Below, piece after piece: positions 20,302 through 31,389 of a stretch of DNA of 64,000 nt. The notes beneath the pieces were generated by a model, which worked only from the letters and a program-made list of their open reading frames with translations, did not search any database and was not told the origin of the DNA. Numbering within the stretch: position 1 is the first letter of the stretch; each line of letters starts with the position of its first letter. The DNA lies in contig CAYQXD010000001.1 in NCBI GenBank assembly GCA_964421315.1, positions 1,464 to 65,463 of the forward strand, read 5' to 3'. The stretch comes from an uncultured Thiotrichaceae bacterium. GTDB taxonomy: Bacteria; Pseudomonadota; Gammaproteobacteria; SZUA-229. The position numbers and the translations under genes were made by a program.

Positions 20302-21757
20302 TGACTAACTTACCCCTGGCATCAAATACGGAAACAATCAATGGCATTTGTCCCGCCGCATGAGTGGCACAGCTTAGACAGGGATCATAAGCGCGAATAC
20401 TCACTTCAATCGCATTCATCATGCCTTCAGTGATTTCAGCCTTGCCGCCCAGATAGTCTTCAGCAACCGAACGCACGGTGCGATTCATCACTGTATTGTT
20501 TTGTGTGGTGGCAACAACCAGATTGGCGAAAGTGATATTGCCTTCTTCATTAGCGCGGTAATGATGTAGTAATGTGCCACGAGGCGCTTCAACAACCCCT
20601 ACCCCTTCTCCCGTCCAGGCATTATCGGCGGGTGTTAGAACAAACTGCTCTTTTTGCAGATCCGGGTCATTGAGTAACGCCTTAATAAGTTCAGCAGAAT
20701 GTAATATTTCTATTGCTCGTGCCCAGTTGGTATGCAAGGTCATATCGTTTGCTTTACCTTTGGTGTAATCATGGAAGCGTTCCAATGCGGCTTTTGCTAG
20801 TGGTGTTGAGTCAGAATAACTTTTGCTCACATTGACACGCCCTAAAGGACCAACTCTGACTGAACCTTTTTCTCTACCCAGGTCTTTCAGGAAGGGGAAC
20901 TTCATGTAGCTCCACTCTTCTGTTGCTTCAGAAAAATGCTCAAGATAATCGTGGTAATCCAGCTCCTTGATGATATTTTTATCTTTATCCATAATGCGCA
21001 TTTTGCCGTGGTAATAATCAACATTACCGTCATCGTCAACCAGACACATGTTAAGAGCGGGAACATCTGCAAACGAGTCCACCTGCTGACGGTTTTTCTC
21101 ATGAAAATCGTAGAACAGGGTTAGACCATCTTGAGCAAACTCAATCACTTCATCAATTGAAATCAATCCGTCTGTCCCGTTTAACAGGCGATCTCTTGCC
21201 TCAATACTAAGGTTCTGGTTAACACCGCCTGGTATAGAGCTGATGCCATGCATACGCTTACCCAGTACTGCCTTGATAACTTCCTGCCCCCATTTGCGCA
21301 AGGCAACAACGCGTTTAACTAAATCGGGATTTGCTTCCACCAGCCCTAATACGTTTCTCTGCTCAGGCGCTGCATCCATGCCAAATAACATTTCTGGCAC
21401 GATCAGGTAGAAGTAAGCGGTGACATGGGATTGCAGCTGTTGCCCGTAATGCCCCAAGCGACGCATTTTTTCCGGGGTGGCCAGCATTTGTGTACCAGTG
21501 CTGTATCCTACTCCAACCATATCATCCAGTGCTTTTGCACCACATAAATGATGACTGACAAAACAAATACCACAGATGCGCTGTAACAACATGGGGGCTT
21601 CCCAATAGGGATGCCCCTGAATAAATTTTTCAAAACCACGAAACTCGACGACGTGTAATTTGGCATCTACTACCTGATTATTATCATCGAGATGAACCGT
21701 CACTTTGCCGTGACCTTCGATCCGCGTAACCGGATCAATGACTAATTTTTTACTCAT
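20285..21757 (-). CDS. hoxH: NAD-reducing [NiFe] hydrogenase large (H2-activating) subunit
   Basis: It has the N-terminal RIEGHGKV..R(I)CG(I)C motif and the C-terminal DPCLSCATH Ni-Fe ligand motif with a short extension for HoxW cleavage. Confidence 0.9.
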   Translation of the reverse strand: MSKKLVIDPVTRIEGHGKVTVHLDDNNQVVDAKLHVVEFRGFEKFIQGHPYWEAPMLLQRICGICFVSHHLCGAKALDDMVGVGYSTGTQMLATPEKMRRLGHYGQQLQSHVTAYFYLIVPEMLFGMDAAPEQRNVLGLVEANPDLVKRVVALRKWGQEVIKAVLGKRMHGISSIPGGVNQNLSIEARDRLLNGTDGLISIDEVIEFAQDGLTLFYDFHEKNRQQVDSFADVPALNMCLVDDDGNVDYYHGKMRIMDKDKNIIKELDYHDYLEHFSEATEEWSYMKFPFLKDLGREKGSVRVGPLGRVNVSKSYSDSTPLAKAALERFHDYTKGKANDMTLHTNWARAIEILHSAELIKALLNDPDLQKEQFVLTPADNAWTGEGVGVVEAPRGTLLHHYRANEEGNITFANLVVATTQNNTVMNRTVRSVAEDYLGGKAEITEGMMNAIEVSIRAYDPCLSCATHAAGQMPLIVSVFDARGKLVNEFAR

Positions 21758-21771
21758 TGTATTTTCCTCAA

Positions 21772-22401
21772 CTAATCATAACGATTCATGGCTACAGGCA
21801 GATCAACTTCACGCCCATTCACCAGATCATCCAGCACTTTAAAAATAGCATCCCCGTCAGGCGGGCAGCCAGGGATGAAACAATCTATTTTGACGAGTTC
21901 ATGTATAGGCATGACCTTAGTGGTAATGGTTGGAATATCTTCGTGATAAGGAATAACATTTTTCGCCCCGGGGACAGCTGTGGCAGAATCAATATAAGCT
22001 TCTCGAAAACATTCTTCCAGAGGCACTACATTACGCATAGCGGGAACGCCGCCCCAAATAGCACAGGCACCAACAGAAATTAAAATGTCACAATTCTCTC
22101 TAAAGTGTTCCAGTGTTTCAATATTTTCATCATTAGCAACACCGCCTTCTACAAAGCCTATAACGCAACGGTGCGGGATGCGCTTAACATCAGTCAATGA
22201 AGAGCGAGTGATAGTGATTTTATTCAGCAGGCCTATTATATTTTCATCCATATCAAGAAAAGACAGGGTACAGCCCCAGCAGCCACATAAAGCAATCATT
22301 GCGACCTGTATTTTTGCATCCCGTTCAGCCTGTATTTTAGGGTCTAAAGGTGTTGTCGGTAGTTCATGGGACAGTATCTCGTTTTTATTGGCATGGCTCA
22401 T
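21772..22401 (-). CDS. hoxY: NAD-reducing hydrogenase small subunit
   Basis: The 209-aa ORF has Cys-rich Fe-S cluster motifs typical of group 3 small subunits. Confidence 0.85.
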   Translation of the reverse strand: MSHANKNEILSHELPTTPLDPKIQAERDAKIQVAMIALCGCWGCTLSFLDMDENIIGLLNKITITRSSLTDVKRIPHRCVIGFVEGGVANDENIETLEHFRENCDILISVGACAIWGGVPAMRNVVPLEECFREAYIDSATAVPGAKNVIPYHEDIPTITTKVMPIHELVKIDCFIPGCPPDGDAIFKVLDDLVNGREVDLPVAMNRYD

Positions 22402-23102
22402 CGAAGTACCCTCTCAAGTGCGCGTTCTTTAATCGATTTGACTTCAAATTTACGTTTACCAATGGGATCATCATAGCCCTGGGTTTTATCAATAATGCAA
22501 CCCACCGGACAAAGGTCAGAAGCAGCACGAACCTGTTTAGGTGTCATTTTATTAGCCAGTCTGGCATCGATTTCTATGCGGGCATTTGTACCACGGCCTT
22601 TGATACTGAAAATCTTTTGCTCTGTTTTTTCATCACGGATCATATCGACACATCGCTGACAGAAAATACAACGGTCACGTTCCAGCCACACTGTTTTAGA
22701 AGCATGATCGACAACACGTGGAGTAAAACGATAGGGAAAACGGGAGACCATCATATCCACTTCATAACCCGTTGCCTGTAACTCACAGCGACCGCTCTTT
22801 TCACAGCTTGGGCAGTTGTGATTGCCTTCCGAGAATAGTAACTCTACCAGTGCTTTACGCATATCCTTGACTTCAGGCTCGTTCACTTCTATTACCATGC
22901 CCTCAGCCACAGGGATTGTACACGCAGCCATCACGTTACCATTGACCTTGACGGAGCAGGTGCGGCAAGTTCCTAAACAGGGTTTGCCCTTTACATAACA
23001 AAGTGAAGGAATGTAAATGCCGTTTTGGGCAGCCACATCGATGATGTTCTCACCCTCTCGAGCATAGACTTCCACGCCATCTATGGTTAAATTAACTCTC
23101 AT
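22398..23102 (-). CDS. hoxU: NAD-reducing hydrogenase diaphorase subunit with 2Fe-2S and 4Fe-4S ferredoxin domains
   Basis: It has a NuoG-N-terminal-like 2Fe-2S region plus CxxCxxCxxxCP motifs. It is 234 aa. Confidence 0.85.
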   Translation of the reverse strand: MRVNLTIDGVEVYAREGENIIDVAAQNGIYIPSLCYVKGKPCLGTCRTCSVKVNGNVMAACTIPVAEGMVIEVNEPEVKDMRKALVELLFSEGNHNCPSCEKSGRCELQATGYEVDMMVSRFPYRFTPRVVDHASKTVWLERDRCIFCQRCVDMIRDEKTEQKIFSIKGRGTNARIEIDARLANKMTPKQVRAASDLCPVGCIIDKTQGYDDPIGKRKFEVKSIKERALERVLR

Positions 23103-24907
23103 TGGGTAGCCTCCTGTACAAGATTTTTATATGCAAGCTCGTGTGCGCTCATCGCTTCTTCTATATCAAAAGAAGACAATAATGGGCCTTTTTGTTCGGC
23201 CAGTTTTTGCTGATAAATTTCTGGAAATTTGTCAAGTGTGGCTAGGATAGGGTTCGGTGCCGCAGTACCCAATCCACATCGACTGGTGCCCTTTAACAAC
23301 TTACTCCAGTTAGTGATTTCATCAAGATCTTGCTGGCACGCTCGTCTATCAATGACGCGCTCGATTTTATGCAGCAGATCAACACCGCCTACACGGCAGG
23401 GAACACAGATTCCACAGGATTCTTCTACAAAAAACTCCATAAAGTCTTTGACTACATTGAGTAAATCTCTACTCTTATCAAAAATCATCAATGAACCGTT
23501 GCACGACAGGTCGCTGTAACAAAATTTTCTCTCACCATCTTTGGCAACAGATAAACAGTCACCTGCAGGACCACTTATTTGTACCGCCTTTGGGTTAGTT
23601 GCACCTACTAACTGCAATACTTCATTGAGTGTGGTGCCCCATTCAATCTCATAGATGCCAGGTTTGTCACAGTCACCTGAAACACTGAGCAAACGTGTTC
23701 CTGTTGATTCATCGGTTCCCATGTCGGTGAACCAATCACTCCCTTTTTCAATAATGCGACTGGCAATGGCCAGTGTTTCGACATTATTAACACTGGTTGG
23801 CATGCCCAGATAGCCTTGCTGAATAGGGTAAGGCGGCTTAACTCGCGGCGTTCCTCGCTTGCCTTCACAAGATTCGATTAATGCAGTTTCATCACCACAA
23901 ACATAAGCGCCAGCACCCATCTGAATGCGGATATCAAATTCCAGATTAGTGCCTAATATTTTTTTACCTAACAGACCTTGATCACGGAAGTCCTGTATAT
24001 GATGTTGCAAGTAATCTTTTAGATACCAATACTCTGCACGTAAATAGATAATGCCATTACGCGAATCAATTGAGTAAGCAGCCAAAATCATGCCTAGCAA
24101 TAAATCCTTTGGAGAGTGGCTAAGCAATACACGATCTTTAAAGGTGCCCGGCTCCCCTTCATCTGCATTACAAATAACGTACTTTTCAGCACCGTCCGCG
24201 TCTCTACCCATTCGCCATTTAAGTCCCGTTGGAAAACCGGCACCACCTCGGCCTCTTAAATTAGCATTGGTAATGGTGTCAATAATCTGCTCAGGAAGTT
24301 TCTTCAGAGCTTTTTGTAAAATTGCCTTATAATCTCTGTCGGCTTTAAACATGACACGGCTTTCAGTACGGATATTTTCAGCAACCATCGCCTCAACGTA
24401 AGCGATATTTTTACTGTCTGTCCCAGCGGGATTAGCAATTTCAACAGCGCTTTTCCCCTGCTTTAACTGAGTAATAACCTGCCTCACCTTTTCAGGTGTT
24501 AGCTTAGTAAAGACAACCTCGTCAACCATCATGGCAGGCTCCTGGTCACTGAGACCGATGCAGCTTGTATCGCCCAACCCAAACATGCCTGTAGCATCAA
24601 CACTGCCAAAGGATGTATTAATTTCCTGCTCCAGGGCGGTTCGAACAGCGTTGTAATTACCCAATTTAGCAATGGTGGTATTGCACAGATAAACCTTGCG
24701 TTTACCAAAAGGTTGATCGTGGAAAAAATGATAAAAAGTTAAGGTTTCGCGCACATCATCACCAGACATAGCCAGACCTTCTGCTAACGAAGCGATTGCT
24801 TCATCAGAGATATAGTCCTGCTGCCGTTGTATATCCCATAACATATCCATAAGACGGGTTTTATCTGCCTGATAGTTTTCTATTATCGACTGGACTTCTT
24901 TATTCAT
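23099..24907 (-). CDS. hoxF: NAD-reducing hydrogenase diaphorase subunit (NuoE/NuoF-like; FMN and NAD binding)
   Basis: The 602-aa ORF has NuoF motifs GRGGAGFPTG and CGxCxPCRxG. Confidence 0.9.
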   Translation of the reverse strand: MNKEVQSIIENYQADKTRLMDMLWDIQRQQDYISDEAIASLAEGLAMSGDDVRETLTFYHFFHDQPFGKRKVYLCNTTIAKLGNYNAVRTALEQEINTSFGSVDATGMFGLGDTSCIGLSDQEPAMMVDEVVFTKLTPEKVRQVITQLKQGKSAVEIANPAGTDSKNIAYVEAMVAENIRTESRVMFKADRDYKAILQKALKKLPEQIIDTITNANLRGRGGAGFPTGLKWRMGRDADGAEKYVICNADEGEPGTFKDRVLLSHSPKDLLLGMILAAYSIDSRNGIIYLRAEYWYLKDYLQHHIQDFRDQGLLGKKILGTNLEFDIRIQMGAGAYVCGDETALIESCEGKRGTPRVKPPYPIQQGYLGMPTSVNNVETLAIASRIIEKGSDWFTDMGTDESTGTRLLSVSGDCDKPGIYEIEWGTTLNEVLQLVGATNPKAVQISGPAGDCLSVAKDGERKFCYSDLSCNGSLMIFDKSRDLLNVVKDFMEFFVEESCGICVPCRVGGVDLLHKIERVIDRRACQQDLDEITNWSKLLKGTSRCGLGTAAPNPILATLDKFPEIYQQKLAEQKGPLLSSFDIEEAMSAHELAYKNLVQEATQ

Positions 24908-25252
24908 CTAACTACTCCAGGTTATGTATGCGGCTGACTAAGCGACGCAAATGTCGATTATGCTGCAAAATATCTGCTTAACTACTTCATTAATTAGCAA
25001 TTAGCACTTAATGTATTACGCAAATAATGCGCCAATTATTTCGAAGCGCCATATAACGATTATCAATGAGTTACTGGATAATATTACAACAAATGAAAAA
25101 ACACTTAATTGCCTTAAGGATAAGAACTTATCAATTTGCTAACTAACTATTCAGTAGCTGTCAAAATCATATCTCAAATTAGTGCGATGCGAACTGTCAA
25201 TATTATAATGGGCACTTTTTCACCTTTTGAAAAAAATGATAAGTCAGTAACA

Positions 25253-25801
25253 TCAAAAATTAGGTTTCTCAGGCGCATCCTGAAACAGTTTTAAGCTGTC
25301 CATAATTTCCTGCTTGGCTTCATCAACACCGCCCCAGCCTTCGATACGCACCCACTTACCTTCATCAAGGTCCTTATAGTGTTCAAAAAAATGAGAAATT
25401 TGGTTTAACAAATCTTCCGGCAAGTCCCGGTAACTGTCTACCTTGCGGTAGGTTTTACATAATTTATCAACAGGCACAGATAGCACCTTGGCATCATCAC
25501 CCGCCTCATCTGCCATTAACAGGACACCTACAGGTCGACAACGTATTACCGATCCGGAAATCAATGGCACCAGTGAAAGCACCAGCACATCGACCGGATC
25601 ACCGTCTTTAGAAAGCGTGTGTGGCACATAACCATAATTACAGGGATAATGCATTGCCGTGGACATAAAGCGATCAACAAACATGGCGCCAGTTTTTTTA
25701 TCCAGTTCATATTTAACAGGATCGGAATGTGCTGGTATTTCAATGATGACATTAATCTCATTGGGTACGTTTCTGCCAGAACTTACTCTATCTAGATTCA
25801 T
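25253..25801 (-). CDS. ppa: inorganic pyrophosphatase
   Basis: Family I PPase motifs are present: DPVDVLV, NYGYVP and [10 protein letters not shown]. Confidence 0.9.
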   Translation of the reverse strand: MNLDRVSSGRNVPNEINVIIEIPAHSDPVKYELDKKTGAMFVDRFMSTAMHYPCNYGYVPHTLSKDGDPVDVLVLSLVPLISGSVIRCRPVGVLLMADEAGDDAKVLSVPVDKLCKTYRKVDSYRDLPEDLLNQISHFFEHYKDLDEGKWVRIEGWGGVDEAKQEIMDSLKLFQDAPEKPNF

Positions 25802-25848
25802 AAAATTTCTCTTTCACTCAGCGGCTCTATTGCCGTTGCTAAATCATT

Positions 25849-25873
25849 AAAAAAACGCGGCACAAGTGCCGCG
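25849..25873 (-). terminator. rho-independent terminator of the hupSLC operon
   Basis: A perfect 8-bp stem cgcggcac-aa-gtgccgcg is followed on the minus strand by a 7-T run. It lies 60-80 bp 3' of hupC. Confidence 0.55.
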
Positions 25874-25930
25874 ATAAAAAACAGGGGTTAGAGGAGACAC
25901 CCCACTGGTAAACTAAATAATTATTAAAGA

Positions 25931-26683
25931 TCAATCACCATCTTTGCTACTATCCTTACCATTAATTTGATCCTGTGATGCTTTCCAGCCACGTTGATCC
26001 TTAAAGGTACGCCAGCCGCTAATCATACTGCTGACCATACTTTGTCGTGACATGATGTCTTCACGAATAGCGACATAGACATGAAAAATAACAAAACAGA
26101 CAATCACCCACATACCTAAATGATGAAAAGTATGCACATCCTGACTCTGTCCAAGCAACGGGATAATCCATGAGCTAAACAGAGTGTATTGCCAGCTGTC
26201 ATAACCTGTGCCTTCTCCGTAAAGCGCAAAACCGGTAAAGATCATAAATACAGCGACCCATAAGAACATCCAGTGCATAAAGAAAATTGCCAGGGGGTTA
26301 TGCCCGAGATACGCTCTTGGCTGTTTTGTCATAAACAGATACCATTTAACTTCGTGCCACACACCTTCCCAGTATGATTTTTTGAGAATGTTATGCAAAA
26401 ATATTTCCCGAGCGTGACTGTTTCCTGCAAACGCCCAATACAGGCGTCCTAACAATCCAACTGCAAGTATGTAACCAGCAGCAAAGTGTACAAAACGGAT
26501 GTAGCCCATTACATAGTGATCACTTGCTTCACCAGACATGCTTGGCAAAGGGCTGCCGATAAAATAACCGGTAATCGCCAGTACAGTAATCGCCAGTGCA
26601 TTAATCCAATGCCAAAGTCGCACCGGAGCTTCATACACATAAACCGCTGGTTCACTATGTGGTTTTGTTGCTATTGTCGTCAT
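25931..26683 (-). CDS. hupC: Ni/Fe-hydrogenase b-type cytochrome subunit
   Basis: It is a 4-TM cytochrome b with conserved His and the N-terminal WHW..A motif. Confidence 0.85.
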   Translation of the reverse strand: MTTIATKPHSEPAVYVYEAPVRLWHWINALAITVLAITGYFIGSPLPSMSGEASDHYVMGYIRFVHFAAGYILAVGLLGRLYWAFAGNSHAREIFLHNILKKSYWEGVWHEVKWYLFMTKQPRAYLGHNPLAIFFMHWMFLWVAVFMIFTGFALYGEGTGYDSWQYTLFSSWIIPLLGQSQDVHTFHHLGMWVIVCFVIFHVYVAIREDIMSRQSMVSSMISGWRTFKDQRGWKASQDQINGKDSSKDGD

Positions 26684-26695
26684 AATAGACCTCCG

Positions 26696-28501
26696 TTAAG
26701 AACCGATAGGGCCAGTGGTTACCGTCGTAATATCTTCACCCTCTTCTGTCATGATATGCGTAGAGCAAGCAAGGCATGGATCAAAGCTATGAATATTGCG
26801 CAAAATTTCAACCGGCTCATGCGGTACTTCAACTTTGGTATTCATCATCGATGCTTCAAAAGCACCAATATTGCCAGCTTCATCACGCGGTGAACCATTC
26901 CATGTGGTAGGTACGACACACTGGTAGTTTTCAATTTTGGCATCTTTGATTACTATCCAGTGTGCCAGTGCACCTCGAGGTGCTTCAGTAAAGCCAACAC
27001 CTTTAGCTTCCGACGGCCAGTCTTTCGGATCCCACATTTCACCACCATGAGTGCTGCTGTCGCCATTTTTGATAGTAGTAATCAATTTGTCGAAAAAATA
27101 AAGTTGCTGATCAGCTGCCCATTGTGCTTCCAGAGCACGTGCTGCGGTTCGACCCAATGTCGAGAAAATAGCTTCTAATGGAATATCCAGTGTTTTAAGC
27201 ACAAAGTTGATTTGTTCAGTGAAATATTCATGACCCTGTGCATAACCAACAACATAACGCGCTAATGGACCGACTTCCATAGCATGACCTTTCCAACGTG
27301 GTGCTTTAATCCAGGAGTAACTGGCTGACTCATCCAGTTCTTCAATATTGTGACTGCTGCCTTTTGCGCTACTAACATCAAAATCAGGATCAGTTATACC
27401 ATCCCATGGATGCAGGCCTTTAACGCCATCAGGGTATTTGTACCAGGAGTGAGGTACAAATTCCTGAATCTCATCGGGATCACGCAAATCAATCGGGTGA
27501 ACCTCATCGAGCTTACCGTTAATAATGGCACCCACTGGCATCATTAAATTAGCAGCAGAGTAATCATTCGCCTTATCAGGGATATCACCGTAAGCCAGTA
27601 CATTTTGCCCGGATATTCCACCACCATATAACCAGCCTTTATAGAACTGAGCAATGGCTAAAATATCGGGAATATATACATTATCAACAAACGTTTTGGT
27701 ATCTTTGATAATTTGGTGCACCTGGTTAAGTGTGGCCATATTAATCGCACCAACGCCACCAGTACCGTCAATATTAATCGGGCAAGGAACGCCACCAACC
27801 GTCCAGTTTGGATGCGTGTCCTTACCGCCAAAGATGGTGCGGGTTTTCATGATCTCTTTCTGGAAATCCAGTGCTTCAAGATAATGTGTCACCGCCATAA
27901 GATCGGCTTCCGGTGGCAGTAGATAGGCAGGATTCGTCCAGTAACCATTTTTAAACGGGCCCAACTGACCGGACTCAATAAATTTTTTCAGACGATTCTG
28001 CACATCACGAAAATAACCGGGTGAAGATTTTGGATGACTTGGTGACACCTGTTGCTGTAATGCAGAGGTTGCTTTTGGATCAGCCTTCAATGCATTCACG
28101 GGATTGACCCAGTCCAGCGCATGCAGGTGATAGAAATGTACCAGATGATCGTGAACCTGTAATGACAGTTGCATAATATTACGGATACTATTGGCATTTT
28201 CCGGAATATTGATACCCAGCGCATCTTCAACTGAACGCACAGACGTTAAGGCGTGCGTACCAGTACAAACACCACATATCCGTTGTACAAATGCCCAGGC
28301 ATCACGTGGATCACGGCCTTTCAGAATAACTTCCAGTCCGCGCCAGATAGTGCCGCTTGATACTGCATTAGTAATAATATTATTTGAATCGATATTTACT
28401 TCAGCACGCATATGACCTTCGATTCGTGTAACCGGATCAACAACATGGCGTGTGCCAGATGAATCTAAAGTGAAGCCATTAGGTGTATGTATAACGCTCA
28501 T
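26696..28501 (-). CDS. hupL: membrane-bound (group 1) [NiFe] uptake hydrogenase large subunit
   Basis: It has RIEGH..RICGVCT at the N-terminus and DPCLACSTH at the C-terminus. Confidence 0.9.
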   Translation of the reverse strand: MSVIHTPNGFTLDSSGTRHVVDPVTRIEGHMRAEVNIDSNNIITNAVSSGTIWRGLEVILKGRDPRDAWAFVQRICGVCTGTHALTSVRSVEDALGINIPENANSIRNIMQLSLQVHDHLVHFYHLHALDWVNPVNALKADPKATSALQQQVSPSHPKSSPGYFRDVQNRLKKFIESGQLGPFKNGYWTNPAYLLPPEADLMAVTHYLEALDFQKEIMKTRTIFGGKDTHPNWTVGGVPCPINIDGTGGVGAINMATLNQVHQIIKDTKTFVDNVYIPDILAIAQFYKGWLYGGGISGQNVLAYGDIPDKANDYSAANLMMPVGAIINGKLDEVHPIDLRDPDEIQEFVPHSWYKYPDGVKGLHPWDGITDPDFDVSSAKGSSHNIEELDESASYSWIKAPRWKGHAMEVGPLARYVVGYAQGHEYFTEQINFVLKTLDIPLEAIFSTLGRTAARALEAQWAADQQLYFFDKLITTIKNGDSSTHGGEMWDPKDWPSEAKGVGFTEAPRGALAHWIVIKDAKIENYQCVVPTTWNGSPRDEAGNIGAFEASMMNTKVEVPHEPVEILRNIHSFDPCLACSTHIMTEEGEDITTVTTGPIGS

Positions 28502-29586
28502 TATTCCTGATCCCCTTTCTGTTGTGTTCTCTTAAGTGCAGAAATTGCAGCGTGTGCCGCAACCGCGCCGCCGACTACTGCAGCCGCAGCTATGCCAACA
28601 TCGTCAGCATTAGATTCAATGCCAAACTGATGAATTCCACTCAAACGGTCGTAAAAACTGCCTTTATCCCAGAATCCATCTTCAGAGCAGCCAATACAGG
28701 GATGACCTGCCTGAATCGGGAAAGAAAGCCCGCCATTCCAGCGAATAGTAGAACAGGCGTTATAAGTCGTTGGCCCTTTACAACCCATCTTGTACAAACA
28801 GTAACCCTGACGAGCTGCGTCATCATCCCACTTTTCAACAAACTGACCGGCATCAAAATGTGAACGTCGGTAGCATTTATCATGAATACGCTGGCTATAG
28901 AACATTTTTGGACGGCCCTGGCGATCCAGTGATGGCAATCGTTCAAACGTTAGAATATAAGTAATAACCGCTGTCATTACCTCTGCAATCGGCGGACAGC
29001 CCGGCACCTTGATAATCGGCGCATTACCAATGTCAGGGACTTTATGGATAGGCGTGGCACCTGTTGGGTTCGGTTTTGCAGCCTGCACACAACCCCAGGA
29101 TGCGCATGAACCCCAGGAGATAATCGCTTTTGCATGTTTTGCAACGTACCTTAATTGTTCAGTAAATGGCTTGCCTGCGACAATGCAGGACATGCCGCCT
29201 GTTTTTCCTTCATCCAGACCGGGGTTGCCTTCGCAGGCAAGAATGTACTCACCTTTATGCTTTTCAACAATCTCATCAATAATGGCTTCAGCCTCATGAC
29301 CTGCTGCAGCCATAATCAGGGTGTCATAATCCAGCGAAATCATGGATAAAATAACGTCTTTTGCCAATGGATGCGCGGATCGAATAAAAGATTCCGAACA
29401 ACAGGTACATTCCAGACCATGTAACCAGAGTACCGGGATTCGTGGCTTGGTCTCCATGGCATCAGCAATCTTGCCAGCATACGCCGGACTCAAGCCCATG
29501 GCTGCTGCCGTTAAACTACAGAACTTTAAAAAGCTCCGGCGGGTAATGCCCTGTTTGCGCATTACATCATAAAAAGTTTCGGTCAT
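28501..29586 (-). CDS. hupS: membrane-bound [NiFe] uptake hydrogenase small subunit with Tat signal
   Basis: The Tat motif is RRSFLKF. Proximal-cluster motifs LECTCCSE and [10 protein letters not shown] carry both supernumerary Cys seen in O2-tolerant enzymes. Confidence 0.9.
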   Translation of the reverse strand: MTETFYDVMRKQGITRRSFLKFCSLTAAAMGLSPAYAGKIADAMETKPRIPVLWLHGLECTCCSESFIRSAHPLAKDVILSMISLDYDTLIMAAAGHEAEAIIDEIVEKHKGEYILACEGNPGLDEGKTGGMSCIVAGKPFTEQLRYVAKHAKAIISWGSCASWGCVQAAKPNPTGATPIHKVPDIGNAPIIKVPGCPPIAEVMTAVITYILTFERLPSLDRQGRPKMFYSQRIHDKCYRRSHFDAGQFVEKWDDDAARQGYCLYKMGCKGPTTYNACSTIRWNGGLSFPIQAGHPCIGCSEDGFWDKGSFYDRLSGIHQFGIESNADDVGIAAAAVVGGAVAAHAAISALKRTQQKGDQE

Positions 29587-29860
29587 CGATTATTCCCCCT
29601 CACAGTTTTTACTCGATAGCTGTGTCGTAGCATAAATAATGCCAACCTTTAAATACGCATAAAAAACATTGACTTAAATAAAATTAAGTCTTTTACCTGC
29701 CCGGATTTAGAAAACATTAGTACCAGTTACATACAGCTGATGGATAGCAACTTTCCATTATTGATATAAATCAATCATTGAAAAAATGAATACTCTCTTT
29801 ACATTTTTTAAATAATATGTAACATTAGTTACCAGTTAATTTAATTGAAAATCAAAAACC

Positions 29861-30556
29861 ATGGAAAAACAAACACTTATTCTCGGTATCGGCAATATAT
29901 TGTGGGCTGACGAAGGTTTTGGCGTTAGAGCCGTCGAAAAATTAAATCAGGATTATCAGTTTGCTGACAATGTCACCGTGATGGACGGCGGCACACAGGG
30001 CATCTATCTTGTTCAGTTCGTCGAACAGGCAGACATTCTGGTGGTTTTTGATGCCATTGATTATGGTCTAGCAGCCGGCGAAATGAAGCTGATTGAGGGT
30101 GGCGACGTACCAAAATTTATGGGCGTAAAAAAAATGAGTCTACACCAGACAGGGTTTCAGGAAGTATTGATGATGGCAGATATGCTTGAACGCTACCCCG
30201 ATCATCTACTACTTGTTGGTGTACAGCCGGTGGAGCTGGAAGATTTTGGCGGCAGTTTGCGTGAAAAAACGCGTCAGCAAATTGAACCCGCCATTACCGC
30301 AGCACTACAATGGTTAAAACAGTTTGATGTCCATGCCGAAAAACGTGAAACACCTCTGAGCATTGAGCAGACACTGGCGGGTGCGGAAGTACACATTAAT
30401 ACCTATGAGGAGCATCGCCCACCCGCTGAACAGGCCAGCCGTATTGGTGATGACCGCGTACTGAAATCCAGGAATTATCAGGTGGAATACAAACCTCATC
30501 CACTTGACCCTGACATCGCGATCAGTTGCGATGTCGATCATCGAGGAAAATACTGA
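29861..30556 (+). CDS. hupD: hydrogenase maturation endopeptidase
   Basis: It has ILGIGNILWADEGFGV (HyaD/HoxM family). It is longer than usual, with an extended C-terminus. Confidence 0.8.
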   Translation: MEKQTLILGIGNILWADEGFGVRAVEKLNQDYQFADNVTVMDGGTQGIYLVQFVEQADILVVFDAIDYGLAAGEMKLIEGGDVPKFMGVKKMSLHQTGFQEVLMMADMLERYPDHLLLVGVQPVELEDFGGSLREKTRQQIEPAITAALQWLKQFDVHAEKRETPLSIEQTLAGAEVHINTYEEHRPPAEQASRIGDDRVLKSRNYQVEYKPHPLDPDIAISCDVDHRGKY

Positions 30557-30966
30557 TGTGCATTGGACTGCCTGTGCAAATCATAGAGACCGGTTTTGGT
30601 TATGCGATTTGCGAAGGTTTGGGTGTAACCCGCAATGTCGATACGTTACTTATTGGTGATCAGCCTGTCGGCACCTGGGTGCTCACCTTTCTAGATAGTG
30701 CTCGCGAGGTGCTGAGCGAAGAAGACGCTAAAAAAATAAGCGATGCCGTGAAAGCCGTTGATATAGTAATGAAAAATAACGGCAGCATGTCAACAAGCGG
30801 CATGGACATGCAGAACATCGAGGCCCTGTTCGCTGACCTGGTGGACCGGGAAACACCCAAACCGCCATCCCTCATTGCGTTTGAGCAAGAACAACAAAAA
30901 AAGCCGAAAAAGCATAGCCAACTAAAAGTAAACAACGGAGATAACCATGCCATCCCCACTGATTAA
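30556..30966 (+). CDS. hupF: HypC/HupF-family hydrogenase assembly chaperone
   Basis: Start trimmed to MCIGLPVQI. The TGATG overlap couples it to hupD. Confidence 0.75.
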   Translation: MCIGLPVQIIETGFGYAICEGLGVTRNVDTLLIGDQPVGTWVLTFLDSAREVLSEEDAKKISDAVKAVDIVMKNNGSMSTSGMDMQNIEALFADLVDRETPKPPSLIAFEQEQQKKPKKHSQLKVNNGDNHAIPTD

Positions 30967-31375
30967 ATCCATGATTGAACAATACAATTATCCGGTATTG
31001 AACCTGGATAATATTAATGAATACATACAATCGCAAGATGAATGCGTTTTATTTTTTACCGAAAACCCAACCCGGTTTCCGGAAAGCGACGATGTCGCCA
31101 TGATTCTGCCGGAACTGGTCAAGGAATACGGCTACCGTTTCACTGCCGCCGTCATTGAACAGAGCTCACAGCGCAAATTACAGGCTCGTTATGACTTTAA
31201 AGAATGGCCAACTTTGGTATTTTTGCGCAAAGGCGAATACCTCGGCGCCATCAGTCGTGTACAGGACTGGAACGAGTACATCATAAAGATCAATGATTTT
31301 TTAACTTCCGACCCTAAAAAAATTCACAGCATAGGTGTACCCATCGAAACCGCTTCTGCCTCCAGTTGCAGCTAA
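30947..31375 (+). CDS. hupG: hydrogenase expression protein HyaE/HupG family
   Basis: Assigned from position and size in the hupDFGHIJK order, plus a thioredoxin-like pattern. Confidence 0.65.
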   Translation: MPSPLIKSMIEQYNYPVLNLDNINEYIQSQDECVLFFTENPTRFPESDDVAMILPELVKEYGYRFTAAVIEQSSQRKLQARYDFKEWPTLVFLRKGEYLGAISRVQDWNEYIIKINDFLTSDPKKIHSIGVPIETASASSCS

Positions 31376-31389
31376 CAAGGTAATAAAAT

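Noticed and set aside
29587-29860. Search for a sigma-54 (-24 GG / -12 GC) promoter in the hupS/hupD divergent region and upstream of hoxF (24908-25252)
   Set aside because: No convincing TGGCAC-N5-TTGC match was found on either strand. Only short palindromes (gacttaa-N6-ttaagtc; attagca x2) were seen, and these are not compelling enough to annotate.
30526-30555. N-terminal extension of hupF (MRCRSSRKIL..)
   Set aside because: HypC-family proteins must start with MC. The ATG at 30556 overlaps the hupD stop (TGATG), giving the canonical MCIGLP start.
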